Shown here: in pieces, positions 48,101-61,940 of the stretch
Numbering within the stretch: position 1 is the stretch's first letter
How the letters are laid out: each line of letters opens with the position of its first letter
NCBI GenBank assembly: GCA_039621445.1
Contig: CP154954.1
Location: 37,743,703-37,807,702 of the forward strand
Direction of reading: 5' to 3'
Source of the DNA: Euglena gracilis
Taxonomy: Eukaryota
Length of the DNA: 64,000 nt
Notes under the pieces: generated by a model
Database searches by the model: none
What the model was told of the DNA's origin: nothing
Seen by the model: the letters and a program-made list of their open reading frames with translations, nothing else
Program-made: the position numbers and the translations under genes

Positions 48101-48415
48101 ACCCCGTTGGGGTTGGGAATGCTCGATAGAGCTGGACAATTGGGTGGGGGGGTGCTCAATAGAGCTGTTAATTTGGGTGGGGGTATGATCAATGGAGCTG
48201 GGGATTTGGGTGGGGGGATGCTCAATAGAGCTGGGGATTTGTGTGGGGGGATGCTCAATAGAGCTGAGGACTTGTGTGGGGGGATGCTCAATAGAGCTGG
48301 GTGTATACCTTGATTGGAGCGTATACTCCTCTTGTGACAATTCATGTGAAGTGCTTCTCAAAGAACCAATCAATTCTTGGTAATCAATGAGTGTGTTGGT
48401 GCTTGATCTCTGCAT
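45139..48415 (-). pseudogene. gag: gag of C1
   Basis: ORFs 46967-48415, 46035-46697 and 45139-45969; KVKPQWDGDPTTW, CFLCNKKGHISCHC, CSLCGYTNHPSLNC. Confidence 0.87.
48110..48300 (-). repeat. 33-bp coding tandem repeat, about 6 copies (SSIEHPPTQxx)
   Basis: Visible in both DNA (ATGCTCAATAGAGCTG units) and translation. About 3 copies in C2 at ~57920-58015. Confidence 0.9.
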
Positions 48416-48732
48416 ATTTTTATTTGCAGAAAAAACACAAGCAAACCCAAAAAGGTAAGCAAAGGAACAAACTTAGAAGGATGTGGCAGAGTATACTGCC
48501 CAGAGCCTCCTGAAGCTTGTACCTGTGCTTGGAAGTTGGCTCCAAACAGCTCGTGGATGCTTTGTAGCCTATAGGCTCAGCACCGCTCACTGTTTGAAGT
48601 CACCTGTTAAGATGAGGGGGAGAAGGGGGGAGAAGGGGCGTAGGAAAGAAACCAAATCTGCTGCCAAGTGTACGCCTTGGTAGTCTTTCTGTTTGTGAAG
48701 TATGTGTAGGTTCGTAACGTACTCTGCTACCA

Positions 48733-49152
48733 AGTGTACGTCCCCTGACTCTATTCCCACTGCCTGTCGGCCTACGTTCACCCTCCCGTGGGAACAGAAC
48801 CAGGAGAGTAACACAAAAGAAAGTCTTTCACTTAACTATTAGTTTTTATTGCCTTTGGGCTTATGCAGAGCACAAGGCAAACCAGGTGTGATTTTGGAAC
48901 TTCGGTTCCACAGATGTTCTCCTATCGGAGTTCAAATCTTCAAATCTTTGATTTGCCCTTTTGGGCTGATGAAACACAAAACAAAACAATAATACCACCT
49001 GTGAAAAGAGAAGGCAGATCCGAGATAGGATAGGCTATTCCTAATTCTGCAATTTGTATTGCAGAACATGGAATAGTACCATCTGGCATGACATTGTACA
49101 TTTTGCAGTCTGCTGCTATGCAAAGTGCCAGGTTCATGCTGCCTCGTACACA
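48733..49152 (-). repeat. 5' LTR of C1 (420 bp)
   Basis: Matches 40545-40908 and the reverse complement of 55428-55848. Confidence 0.93.
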
Positions 49153-52100
49153 CTGCGTTCGCGTTCCTCTTGCCGCGGAATCACGGTGGTGGAAGCGACT
49201 AGTGCCTCACGTCTCCTTCGCGCCAGAGGTTCATCCTCAGTAGCGATGAGGGCGCGCAGATCCTCGGGCGAACGAGGATCGTCGGGGTGCCATCGGCAGC
49301 CCTGTGCGTCCGCCAGCCTGTAAAAGGCCAGCGTATTGCTGCCGGCGCTGTTGGGCCAGGGTGGCGGCCTTGATGGCTGCACCCAGGCGTTGGCAGGCCT
49401 GTTCGGGCCCAGGAATCCGTGGTAACGCGTGTCCTCCCAGACCTCGAAAAAGCCTTCCTCGAACTCCTGAACGCGTGCCAGAATAGGCATACGCTGTTCG
49501 AGGATGGCCTGCGGGTGACACATCAGCGGAAGAAATACCTCCAGGTCGATGGTACCGCCAAACTGTCGCCGCAAATGTTCTTCCAGGCTGATATCAGCCA
49601 GGTGCCAGTTGGGGTGCAGGTGACCGATAATCCGACGACGAGGAGCCTCGATTGCGTCACCGTAATCCGGTGGCAGGCTTTCCATACCAGGCCTATCGTC
49701 CTGGGGGTCACGGAGATGTATATACACCTCCATGACATAGGTGGTCCAGGATCGCCACCAGATCTGCTGCAGCATAAAAATACGCTGCTTGTGGACGCGG
49801 CGACTTCTGCCCTGGACATCCGGGGCGTCGCGGCACACATGCATAAGCATGCGGCGTCCCATTCCCAGGCCCGGGTTAACCCGAGGCGGTGGAGGACTTC
49901 CGCGCACGCCGAATCCCCAGAATTTCGACAGGGAATTCCTGCCGGCAGTACTTACAACACAGGTCATACATCTGCGGGTAAGGCACGTAAACACGCTTAA
50001 CGCGGAAGGTGGAGCCGTAATGGCTCACCAGCCACACCTGGAGGTTGTTGCACCACAACACCTCGATCAGGCGTTCGATGTCGGGGTGCAGTGGGTAGAA
50101 TTCCTACTGCACGCCGAGGGGGCCGACTGTATGAATACAGTCGAAGATTGCCTTCAGCCTTCGGGCCAACACGCGCTGCTCCCGAAATCCCAAATGGTGC
50201 AAGTAAATGCGACCAGTCGAGTCGCTGAAGAGTCCCCAGTTCTTGCAGGGGTATCCCAGCCAAAACCAGAGCTCCCAGAAATCCGGCTGGGCACCCAGCA
50301 AGGGTCTGCCACCTTCGCCTTCGAAGGCGTACAGATCTATTCCATAAATGGAATAGTCTGACTGTGTTCTTGGTGTGGTGTAATACCTAATGTAATGTAA
50401 CACACATCGATGACTGCTTATGGAGGGGTGAAGGGGCGGTTTCCTGCAACATGGTAACCATGCTGCCTTCGCCAGCCTTCGTCCTCCAGCTCCTCCTTGA
50501 ACCTGAGCATATGCTCCAAGTCCGATAGGACTTCTGCTGGTTCTTCTTGCTCCACACGTGCTGTTCCCTTACCTTTACCCTCACCTTTGCCCTCACCCTT
50601 ACATTTGCTGGCCACGCCTTTGCCCTATCCCTTGCCTTTGCCTTCGGCCTTGCCTGTGTCCCTTCCCGTCCGGCGAATACCAGAAGGTCGGGCGCTGGGT
50701 GCCGCAGGAGTCGGTTGAGTTCCTTCCCATTCCATCTCTGGGGAGAGACATGGCCGCTCCGCTGCACGTCGCGGTGATGGCGTGGCTGGACGCTGGCTAG
50801 GAGCCGGGCGCGATCTTGGCTTCGACGTAGGGGGTCGCTCCTTCCATACCGGAGGGATCGGCGGTGGCATTGCGGCAACAGGACGGCTCATGGCCCCCTG
50901 TGCCTCTGCCGGTGGTCGTCCAGCCGGTGTATCCTGGCTGGCTTCCACCTGCATCGCCACACAGCCTTCCGCGTCCCGTGGTCTGGGTCGCCTGGGCTGT
51001 GGGGTAAGGTTCTCCGTAGTCCTGTCGCGCTTCAGGGTGTCAGGTAATACTGGCACACCTGCCGGAGGCTCACCGGGTAATACCGAGGTTGCAATCCGCA
51101 GCTGCTGTTAGTACGGATGGTATGGGGTGCACCCACGGCCCTGAAGGGCAGCCAGAGAGGCGTAATACCTCTTCCGGTGCTCTTCAGACGCGAATACTGG
51201 CTCCTGCAGGAAGTGCCGAGCAAGCTCATGCTGCTCGGTTCCCGGAGGTGCCACGTGGAGGAGCCTCCTTCCGACGGGAGATATCCCTGGTCTGGACAGG
51301 AGGTGCACTGGGCAGTCGGGTTGCCACACGGTGGGGAGGTTCATCCTCCACCACTATGGGCTCCACCTGCCGCCGTGGCTCAACGCCAGGGGCAGGGGCG
51401 ACCGGTGACGCCTGTGGCATCCAGTGCATGAACATGTGTTGGACGTACGTCTCAGGGGGCACGTTCGACTGTCCGGCTGGGAACACGCGTGCGCCGCGCG
51501 GGTAATCCGCGTGTGTCGCGTACTGCGATACAAATTGCTCCGCTGGCGGCTCGCGCGGCGGCATTCGCTGCGGCGAGAGCGGGCGAGCAAAAATTCTTGT
51601 CATCCCAGGGGGGACATGCAGAGCCTCACCTACCGGTATGGGCGTGTGCTCACGCATATGGACGGTGTGGGATCCCACCGGCGTCTGTGTTTGCAGCATG
51701 GGCGGTACGTACACACCCAGATCCATCATTGTCTCTCCAGGCTCGAATCCGAAATCGGATGCCGACGAAAAATACCGTCTCCTCGTCATCAGGGCCTGAC
51801 CACAGGGACACCACTGAGCCACAGGGGTGTTGGCTACCACCAACAACTGAGCACAGTGTGCATCCCAAAGGGCTTGCATAAAGGGCTCCGTTGGGGGGGT
51901 GTGCGCAGATACACACCGCTCCCTCCAACGTCTCCGTAGTGCGGAAGATCTTCTCTCCCGCATACGGGGGCCGGCGCGATCTGCGCTGCGCTGGTGGCTG
52001 AGATGCCGGCTGCTGGACGGCAGATGGATCTGGTACCGCATATGCGGACCGGCGGCTGGTAGCCGCGGCGAATACCGGGGCTGAAACCCTCTCAGCATGT

Positions 52101-52206
52101 GGGGCACCCGGAACGGGGCCTCAGCATACTGAGCTTCTGTGGGTATGGCGCGCCAGAAGGCTGCGGCCATGGTGGAACCTGTTCCACGTCCACGCCCAGG
52201 AAGCAT
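49153..52206 (-). pseudogene. N-terminal half of the B1 extra ORF
   Basis: ORFs 51226-52206, 50625-51056, 50104-50403 and 49134-49994 are homologous to B2 26600-29607. Confidence 0.8.
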
Positions 52207-52399
52207 GATGCTACCCGAACGACGACTGCAACGAAGGGAAACCTTGTTGTTATTCGGTTTGAGTGCTGGCGCACTGAAAAAAGAAGGCGTCTATCTTAAT
52301 CAAAAACTCTGCGAGAAAGATAGAGAAATAATGAAGTGCAGGGGGGGTATAAACGCGAAACATTCACATAAAACACACGCGTTCTCCAAAACGAAATCG

Positions 52400-55300
52400 T
52401 TTCGGAAAGTGTTTATGTTTATGTCTATGTTATTGCGCTTGTTCCACAGCTTCCAATCCTGATGGATATATCCAACAAAACTGGATGCTGGCTCCCAAGT
52501 GTCCTCCTCTGGCCCATACCCTTTCCAACGAACTTTCCGGTAGTGCACACCCCTGTCGACCTTGTGGTCTATTATCTTATCGACCACAAAGTCGTCCGTT
52601 TCAGGTAATCTGGAACGGGGCTTGAAATATAGGCAGGGGATAGCGTATCCGTCCGGGGGGCTTAGGTATGGTTTGAAATCGTCCATATGGACGTCCTCAA
52701 TCGCGTTGGGCAAGGCAACTTTATATCGACCGATACTACCTAACCTCTCCAAAATTTCGCATGGGCCGAGCCAAAGAAGACCTAGCTTGGAAGATTGCGT
52801 GCGGGTGCGGTTATTCCGTACCCACACGCAGTCCCCTGCACTATACACAGGTCGGTTGAAGTTTTGTAAAAACGATTTCCTTTTGTTGGAATGAATTTCT
52901 GTGATACTTGATTGGACTGCAGAGCGGAGTGATTCCACTTCTTCAAACCACGTTTCACAGCTGACGCTACTTCGGGCGGGTCTCTCCGAGGGGATATCCC
53001 CTATGGCCGGAGGATCCCGTCCGAAAACAATTTTGTACGGTGAGTGTGGTAATACCAACCACGGCAAGGTATTGATGTAAAATAAACACCAATCAATGAA
53101 GAACGGATAACCAATTCTTACCCGAGTCAGCCAGTGAAAGGCGAAGCATATTGACAACCGATTTCACGGCTGCCTCGGCTCTACCATTGTCTTTCGGGCG
53201 GTATATAATGGAAAAATGCTGCAAAATGCCGAGTAAACCGCACAGAGTTGTGAAAAACCACGAAGAGACAAAGTGATCTTGATCACTCACGATTTCGTTC
53301 GGTAAACCCATTAAGCGGTTACATTTCTCCAGGAATATGGATGCCAAAATTTGGGCTGTCAACCCTGCTTTCCGGCATGGAATGGCTACTTTGGTACCCA
53401 CTCAACCGACAGACGGCATCAAAAACGTAATCTTAAATTTTGTCGTCTGATCCTTTGCAAGGTTCAAGTTCGAGAAAGTCCATGCAGATGCACGTAAAAA
53501 TGTCTGGTGGTACGAGGAAAAAGTCCATCGTACGAGGGGGGGTACCTCTGCGCAGTTTCACAGCCTGAAAAATTTGGCGCCGTTGCGAAATTTGCAATCA
53601 GCGCGAATATAAATATTTTTCACTCAGAGTTGTGCAATATCTGTGACCCACCAGTGAAAGAAGTTTGGGTCACCATGGTTGTGATAGCTCAAAATCACAT
53701 CATCAACCAGGTCTTGGGGTATACAATATTTATAACCAGATTCATTTCGGAAAATAAGGCTCAATGGTGATAGAGAGTAATTCTCTATGGATTCACCATT
53801 ATGACGTCTATTAACAATGGTACTATGTATAGGGTCGCGTGAATAATCCTATTCGCGGAAAAATAGGGGGGTAGGAGTTTCTGTACGCGTAATGCGACGG
53901 GGCAGTGCGTCCACGCCGGCGACTTCCACGCAATGGTGAGATGGCGATGCCGCGATATACCCGGGAAACGGGTAGTGAATCGAGCATGTTGTCCGCAGCG
54001 TCGGATCGACGTGCGAACTGGTCAGCCTCATGGCTGCCATGAAAAGTCGCATCACCCTCATCCGGGTTCCCAGGATAATACCAGGGGGCTCGGCTGAGAT
54101 GATCCGCCACTTTTTGCGTGTGACCTGGGGTATAGATAACCACCAGGTTAAACTGGCTCAAGAACTTATGCCATAGGCATCTGCTGCCCACTGATGACAT
54201 GGCCTTGTTTAGGTCCTCGGTGTACCAGTGTTGAAGGCTCTCATGATCCGTCAACACGAGCATCTGGACCAAGCTGCTGGACATCCAGATGCGGAATTTC
54301 TGGAGAATAAGCACAATGGCATATGTCTGCTTTTCGCGAATGCTTCATTTAACCTGTCCTTTCCCGTTGTCCCCCTGTAGCTTCCTGCTGAAGAAAGCCA
54401 CAGGTCGGAGTTCATTGGACACATTATGCTGACTAAGAACCCCGCCAACAGCGTAATCGCTGCTGTCGACTTCCAGGACATACGGTTTGTATGCATCCGC
54501 GATATCGAGAACCACGTTCTCGAGGAGCAAGTCCTTGATTTTTTTCAAGGCCTCGCGCATTTCGTCATACCAAATGACTTCTGCCTTTTACGGGTGTCCT
54601 TTCTTTGAGCTGTCGGGTTAGGGGTACCGCGATTTTCGCGAAATCTTTCAAGTAAATTGAGTAATACTGGGCTAATCCCAAAAATCCCTTTAAACGCGTT
54701 AAGGTCTTAATGACCTCAGGAGTCCATTTCTTAATGACCTCAATCTTACTGGGTGCGGCTTTACGCTGCCCGTTTCTCAGGATATGCCCGCAAAACTAAA
54801 TAATTTTGCGAACAGGTGCATTTTGGAAACCTTCACAAAAAGCAAATGCTTTTTGAACGCGGATAATACCGCCGGCAGATCGCGTTAATGCGGTTCGAGG
54901 ATATCCTCGCCAGATTTCGCGGATAGCGGTTGGGTTCCCACCAGTACATCATCGATGTCCACCAGAGCAACAGATAAATCGCGCAAAACCCACTGGATCA
55001 TGCGTTTAATGGCTGGGCCATTCTTAACACCCATGGGGAGTACTGTCCATTGGTACACACCCTTGGATGTCACGAATGCCATATACGGTTGCGAATACGG
55101 ATGCAAGTACATTTGGTGAAAACCGTCCTTCAGATCGAAAATTGACCACAACCGGTTTTCCGATTGTTTGGTGATCAAATCCTCGATCACGGGGAGCGGG
55201 AAGGGATCATCCCTTGTTTGGGAGTTCAGGTACCGGTAATCCAGCAGCAGTCTCCACTCCTTCTGACCAGACTGGTGAGCGGGTTTGGGCACCACAAAGG

Positions 55301-55427
55301 CTTGTGATGTCCATTCGCTCTTGGAAGGTATAATCCACTTCCGCTGGATGAGCTTCTCAATCATCTCGTTGAGAGCTTGTTCTCTTTCAGCCGAACAACG
55401 GAAGAATTTCTGCTACGTGGGTTTAGC
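52400..55427 (-). pseudogene. pol: pol of B1 (RT, RH, IN, chromodomain), interrupted by C2 at the RT start
   Basis: [65 protein letters not shown]. Confidence 0.92.
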
Positions 55428-55848
55428 TGTGTACCAGGCAGCATGAACATAGCACTGGGCATAGCAGCAGACTGCAGAATGTACAATGTCATGCAAGATA
55501 GCACTATTCCATGTTCTGCAACACAAATTGCAGAATTAGGAATAGCCTGTCCTATCTCGGATTTGCCTTCTCTTTTCACAGGTGGTATTATTGTTTTGTT
55601 TTGTGTTTCACAAGCCCAAAAGGGAAAATAGAAGATTTGAAGAATTGAACTCCGATAGGAGAACACAACTGGAACTGAAGTTCCAAAAATCACACCTGGT
55701 TTGCCTTGTGCTCTGCATAAGCCCAAAGGCAATAAAAACTAATAGTTAAGTGAAAGAATTTCTGTTTTGTTACTCTCCTGGTTCTGTTCCAACGGGAGGA
55801 TGTAAGTAGGCCGACAGGCAGTGGGAAGAGAGTCAGGGGACGTACACT
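55428..55848 (+). repeat. 5' LTR of C2 (421 bp)
   Basis: TGTGTACCAGG...GGACGTACACT; homologous to the C1 LTRs. Confidence 0.92.
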
Positions 55849-56069
55849 TGGTAGCAGATTAGGTTTCTTTCCTACGCCCCTTCTCCAACCCTTCTAAACA
55901 GGTGACTTCACCACAGTGAGTGGTGCTGAGCCTATAGGCTACAAAGCATCCACGAGCTGTTTGGAGCCAACTTCTAAGCACAGGTACAAGCTTCAGGAGG
56001 TTCTGGGAAGAATACGCTGCCACATCCTTCTAAGTTTGTCCCTTTCTTTCTATCTTTCTTTCTGAGACT

Positions 56070-59000
56070 TTCTGAGACTCCCGTGGCCCTTCGGTGGTAT
56101 TCAAGCAGAATGGGCCGGGGCGCAAAACCGCACCATGCGCGGGTACCTCGGTTGTTACACCAAGTGTACTTTTAGGTGTATTTTGTGAATGCGCATTCAA
56201 TATTCCACTTGGTGTACCATAGGTACCTTGCAAACTTGGTGAATCGCGAATGCGCAAATGGTGATGCTGATGCATCTCAGGATCAATACCATCTGCAGGA
56301 GTGCGGCTCATACCGGGACAAAGTTCATATTCCCAAATTTTTCGATTTATTTGAGGGTTTCGCTTGGCTTTCTCTTGAAGACCAACCCCATCATCCAAAA
56401 ATGGTCCATTGGGACTGGTACAGCTGGGGGAGGGACTACTGCATGAGCAGAATCGTAATTTTGTGGCAATGTGCCAATAGGCTCTGCCACAGGTGCGCTA
56501 TTAGCGCTTTTGGAGCTGGAATCTGCGGCAACTGTGCCTACAACACCCATATCGGGTTTTTGTTGTAAAAAAAGGCAATTTCGCGTGTACTTGATCTAAA
56601 TTTTCTGTAAAGTTACGAAAATGTTTCTCCAAATCATCCATAATTTTAAGATGATCCGTGATTGCACCAATATCTTCCTGCAAACGCTTAATATGCCTGC
56701 GGTGTTTGGACATATCGTCCAGAAGAGGGATTTTGTCAGAAAAAGGCCGAAATGTTGCGAAACTTTCCCAAAACCACTTTCCAATTCCCGTAGTCGCACA
56801 GCTAGAGTGTGCACCGCTTCGGAAATAGACTCCAGTTGTGGAGATGGTTTGGAAGGAGGGGTATTTTGCGCATTCCGCAGGTTTTCAGCCATTGGCTGTT
56901 CCAAAAACACCGAGACTTGCGCGGATAGCGCCGAGAAATCGTTTTGCAAGTTTTTGACTTGCCGATTCACTGTTTCCTCGGTCCCTATCGCACCGTCACA
57001 AAACTTTTTCGTGACTTGGTGATTTTCATCAGAAAATCGCTGAAATTCTAAATTATGTGAACACGGTACCGCATTGCGGTTCTGCAACTCCGCAATTGCG
57101 GTTTGGATGTCAACACTATTATTCTGTCATTGTTGGTGGTAAGCGTCCTTCTTGCTTGCGATATTCGCGATATGGGCGTAAAAACTTGTTATTTCTGCTT
57201 AATTTTTACCACATATACATGATTTTCGCTCCAACTGGGAAAGTATTTCCTCCAATTGCTGCACATATGTGCTGGAAGCGACACCTTCACCAGGTTGGGT
57301 ATGCATATTGTGAAAATTTGCCGATTCACGGCTCAATTGCATAATACACTGATGCGCTTCCTGGAATGCAGCAGCTAAGGTATCGAACTGCCCCAAGGTA
57401 ACAAAAGCTCCCATATCAGGATTTTTGTGCTCAAAAAGTGCCGTTATTGGCTCCAGTTGATCAGACAAAGCCTGCAAACTATGTTGCAAGTGGGAAATAT
57501 TCGCATGATTGCGGGATTGTATTTCACACTGTCTCACTCACTTTTTAAATTCTTTGTCGCAATTGTGCCAGCATACGTGTCTCAAAACGTTGGCGCAAAT
57601 TTGCTAAATCCATACAAGGCAATGCAAGAGAAGAACGCGTATCGGGTGGTGCTTCCAATTGTCCTACAGGACTTGGATCTGTGAGCGCATGGGGAGGTTG
57701 GATAAAACATGGTGTTTCTAACCCACCCTCAACAAAAAAGTTGATGCGGCGCAACCGCCTCAGAATCAAGTATGCCTATCGGCATTAGTGCGACGTCTCG
57801 CTGCGGGAGAAAACTGTCAGCCGATCGGCTTTCCAACAAGAGCGGTTGTGGCCGTTGGGTATATGCTGCTCGATAGAGCCAGACACCGATGGGTGTAGGG
57901 GAGCCCATTGGGCGGGGAAATGGGTGGGGGGTTGCTCATTAGAGCTTGTGATTTGGGCGTGGGGACGCTCAATGGAGCTGAAAAACAGGGTGGGGGGTTG
58001 CTCAATAGAGCTGGGGGTAAAGCATGACTGGAGCGTATTCTGCTCTTGTGACAATTCATGTGAAGTGCTTCTCAAAGAACCAATCTATTCTTGATAATTA
58101 TCGCTATCGCAAAAGGTGAAGCCCCAGTGGGACGGTGACCCCACAACGTGGAAACAGTTTTGGCGTGATTGGGAATACTATTGGGATCTGAAAGGAACAA
58201 CCCATAACGAAAATCCGGAGCTGATCAAAATGGAATTCACAGATTGTCTACCAAAAGACGAAAAGGAACGCGCCAGACAATTGGTCATTCGCTGGCGCAT
58301 TTCTTTTCAGGATTTGGTTGAGCAATATGCTTCATCATGTTCCAGTTTGGCTTCCAGAATCACTCTGGAGAACAAATGGCGGCAATTTGCCCCCCATGAC
58401 CGAAAATGGAGGTCGATAGACCTGTGGTACTCAAAATAAATTTCTTTGGCAGCCGAAGTAGACGAGTTAGGTGAAATCCAAATGAAAGAACAATTTGACG
58501 CAGTATTACTGCACTTTACACCCAAACTCATCAAAGAAATTCACCACGAGGAACTCGCAGGATATATTTTGACGCTCGATGAGCGATGGAACTATGTTTC
58601 CAAACATTTGAAGCTATCACAGCTTTTTGGACAAATCTAGTCGGTTTATACAAGCCACCGTACAATAGGAATACCCGCTATCCAAGTCAGTTCTGTGAAA
58701 AAAGCGTCACACTTATCACATACCGCTATAGCGGAATCCAAATTGCGCAATTCGCGCTCTTCAGAAGAATTTTCGGACAAGTTGTGCTTTTTGTGTAACA
58801 AAACAAGTCATATATCTTGCCATTGTCCAAATCATGCAGCGCGAAAGCGCAACACAAGCCCAAGAGGATCAGCCTCATCATGCAGTTCTCGTTTTTTCAC
58901 AAAATGCGCATTCGCAAAATTCACAATATCAATCGCGATCCATATGTTAACTGTGCGGATCCACCAAACACCCCTCACCCAAATGTCACTATGCGACTCC

Positions 59001-59290
59001 TCCCCACCCAAGCCATAGCCATCGTGATATGACTCGCAGTTCAAAAGATCATACTTCAGCCAAAAGGCATATGGCATGTCAACAAACAACCTCTATCGAG
59101 GAAAATGACCCGGCTTCGGACAGGGAGGGGGATGATACCCCACGTAATAAAAGGGATCATCCCTACTTTAGCGCTCATAAATTCAGAGACATATATGAGT
59201 CAAGAAAGTCAATGGCTGATATGGCCAATGGTTCGGTTTTTGAGCAAAGACACCCGGAACCCAGGGATGTGGACTACAGAGGCTCCTAGA
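56070..59290. pseudogene. gag: gag of C2 (N-half ~56070-58095 inverted to -, C-half ~58098-59290 on +)
   Basis: RSTSHELSQE at 58075 (-); KPQWDGDPTTW at 58116 (+); CFLCNKTSHISCHC. Confidence 0.85.
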
Positions 59291-61531
59291 AAGAAGGCGA
59301 CAAGAGTCATGACCATAGTAAACCCCTGCCCAGTATCCTTTCTGGTCATCGTTCCAGGATTTTCCGGTGTCCCCACACAAAATTCTGCCAAAATTTTGAC
59401 ATATACACAGTTTTTTGCTTCTGGTTGTGGTGCACCATGGGATACCCCATGAATAACCTTGTGGTTGAATGGATTTACGCTCCAAGAATGCACACAACAC
59501 CGCAAAATTATTCCGCCCACAAAAGCCTTCCACTACTCATCATTTTTACATACCGTTTTCGATGGCAGCAATACCGTTTTCTACAACACTAACACCGTTT
59601 TCAACCCAGGGGTAAAGAGAAAGTGCCCCCCCTACCCACCGCATATCCACAAACGTTCCATATGCGGTAGGCTCACAAGTAGCTTTACCCTTCTATCGTT
59701 TCACTGGGTTCCAAGACGAAAGCCCTAAGGACTGAAATTGGAATGGTGTCAAGTAGTCGCCCAGCTGCTTTCATTTTTCGTTTTCCACCAGGTTTGTCGA
59801 TTGCAGACAATCCTGTACACCCCCCGCAGCTCAAATTCGCATACAATTTTTCTTACACACTCCACCCCCCCCCAGACCAACATGCGCGACACGGACAACT
59901 ACTCAGCACCTCCCTCCAAGGTGTGCAATCTAGGAGAAATTTCCACACAACCAACAACCAAACACAAAAGGAAATGACTGAAACCAAAATAACCACCACC
60001 CCCGCGCCTATGGTACCGCTGCCATTCAAGTGCCTATGGCACCCACCACGCCCCGCGCCTTCGGCGCCTCCCTGCGCAAATTGCGCAAAGTGCGTATAGC
60101 ACAGACGCTGCGCCTATGGCGCCAACCACCCTCGCGCATAGCACAAATCTTGCGCATAACGCCTCCCCCCCCTCGCGCTATAAGGCGCCACCGCGCCTAT
60201 GGTGCTCACACCCCCGCATTTTGCGCTCCCCACGCGCATAGCGCTCATCGTGTGCATATTAATTTGCACACTGCGCACAGCGCACACCTCCCCACCGCGC
60301 ATATTGCGCAGCCCGCAAACAGCCCCCCCCACAAGATGCGCCCCACTCCCCGACCCCACCCGTTCATGGCTCAAATCTCGCACAATTGCGTATATCTTAC
60401 AAATGGGTACCTGCCCAACCCACCCATATTAGTTTGCGAATAAGTCCCAAAGATGTATGTGCACATCTTTTCATAATGGCAGTTTTGTTGTTGATTTGCA
60501 AACCACATGCTCAAAATGCGTATTTGGTTTACTTAAGCAACAAAAGCAGCCAACCCCCCTTCTTTGACCACGAACTTGTTGGTCAAATTGGTGAACACCA
60601 AAGGTGTTTTGATCATTCAAGCGCACAATTGCGCTCACTTCAAAGTTATTTGTAAAAACACAAGGTGTGTGATAAGTTTTTGGGATACACTGCAAATACC
60701 ACATTTTTCCCACGAACTTGCACAGCTTTGTGAAGAACAGCTACTTTGTGAACAAAATGGCCTTTTTCTTATTCCAGAAGTGAATCCCGATAGGGAAATA
60801 AGTTACATTCCTTGCGAAAATCTGGAACATAGTTGCCTCCCCCCAAAAAAATGAAGAAAATTCATTCAAACATGCATTTTGTCGACTTAAACACTTAGCC
60901 TTAGGTCTATGTGACCAATACACCCTATGATGTGCAAGGCCTATGGGCCATTACCCACGCGGTCAATGGGTCCATAGGACCAATTTGCACAAATTGCAAG
61001 GACCAAAAGGACCAAAGGTCCACTTATAAAGTGAAAAGTCCATAGGACCTCAAAAAATGGCACAAAAAGCAATATTGCATGGCTGAAATAGGCTGAATTG
61101 GCCAAAACAAGCCAAATAGGCTAGTTTTATGCAGATACGCACAACTGTCACTTTGACATAACTGTCACTCTGGCATAGCCTCAAAACCACCACAAAAGCT
61201 TCAAAATTTCTGGCACCTTGCACCACGAGGTTTTGACTGTATGTAGTAGTGCCTACGAGATAGAAACCAGAAGTTGTCTTTCTAGAATAAATTCTGGAAG
61301 ATTATAGCAAAAGCTTGCTCACACAGGCAAAAGATCAAAGACGTATCTCAGCGCCTGTAGCTGGCCGATAGGCCATGTTACCCCTCATTCAGAAGCTCGT
61401 TCGATGAGCCGTCCAGAGGTGCAAACAGATCGCTGTAACTCTGCACGGTACTCTTATTTGAGGAGATCGTGAAAAATTGAATTAAGCCCAACCAATCCGG
61501 CCAGAAGCCAAATTTTGGGCCAGATCTTGTA

Positions 61532-61940
61532 AACCCCCCCCAAATAATAACCCCCCCCAACTAATAAACCCCCCCCCAAATAATAAACCCCCCCCTGTGA
61601 CCGACTTCGGCCGCCCAAATAATAAACCCCCCCCTCTGGCAGGTGTGAGGGCAAAGGGAAAAAGAGCCAAAATTAGTAGAAATGTTGCAAAAAATCACAA
61701 AAATGGATCAAATTGGTGCAGAAAAAAATGCCAAAAAAAGCACCCAGTTTTCAAAAAAAGCCCAAAAAAATGCCAAAAAAGTGACAATTGAAGCCTGTGG
61801 AGGGGTTTTCGGGTCTAATTTTGACTTCGAAATTTTTGCCCAAATAATAAACCCCCCCAAATAATAAACCCCCCCTGGACTTCGACTTCGGGTGTCCAAA
61901 TAATAAACCGGGGGGGTTTATTATTTGGGGGGGGGGGGGT
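61532..61940. mobile_element. MITE-like insertion (~410 bp) with TA target duplication and C-rich terminal inverted repeats
   Basis: Absent from C1 (empty site TA at 42914-42915). Ends ACCCCCCCCAAATAATAA / TTATTATTTGGGG...GT, with several subterminal AAATAATAAACCCCC repeats. Confidence 0.85.

Larger units (their letters stand above)
40545..49152 (-). mobile_element. Non-autonomous gag-only LTR element C1 (8.6 kb)
   Basis: LTRs 40545-40908 and 48733-49152; TSD CTGCG at 40540-40544 and 49153-49157; PBS 48723-48732; PPT 40909-40918. No RT, RH or IN motifs seen. Confidence 0.92.
20428..55427 (-). mobile_element. Outer Gypsy element B1 (3' LTR through RT start), host of B2, C1 and C2; its 5' half presumably lies beyond the window
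   Basis: Pieces 20428-21920, 21962-23032 (inverted), 39499-40544 and 49153-55427 join into one sequence colinear with B2 once the inserts and TSDs are removed. Confidence 0.85.

Noticed and set aside
48110-48300. Regularly spaced ~16-bp conserved units suggesting a CRISPR array
   Set aside because: The units are contiguous 33-bp coding tandem repeats with similar intervening sequence. No cas genes, and the context is a eukaryotic TE.
61532-61640. C-rich repeats suggesting telomeric sequence
   Set aside because: The units are irregular and bounded by TIRs and a TA duplication, so the MITE explains them.
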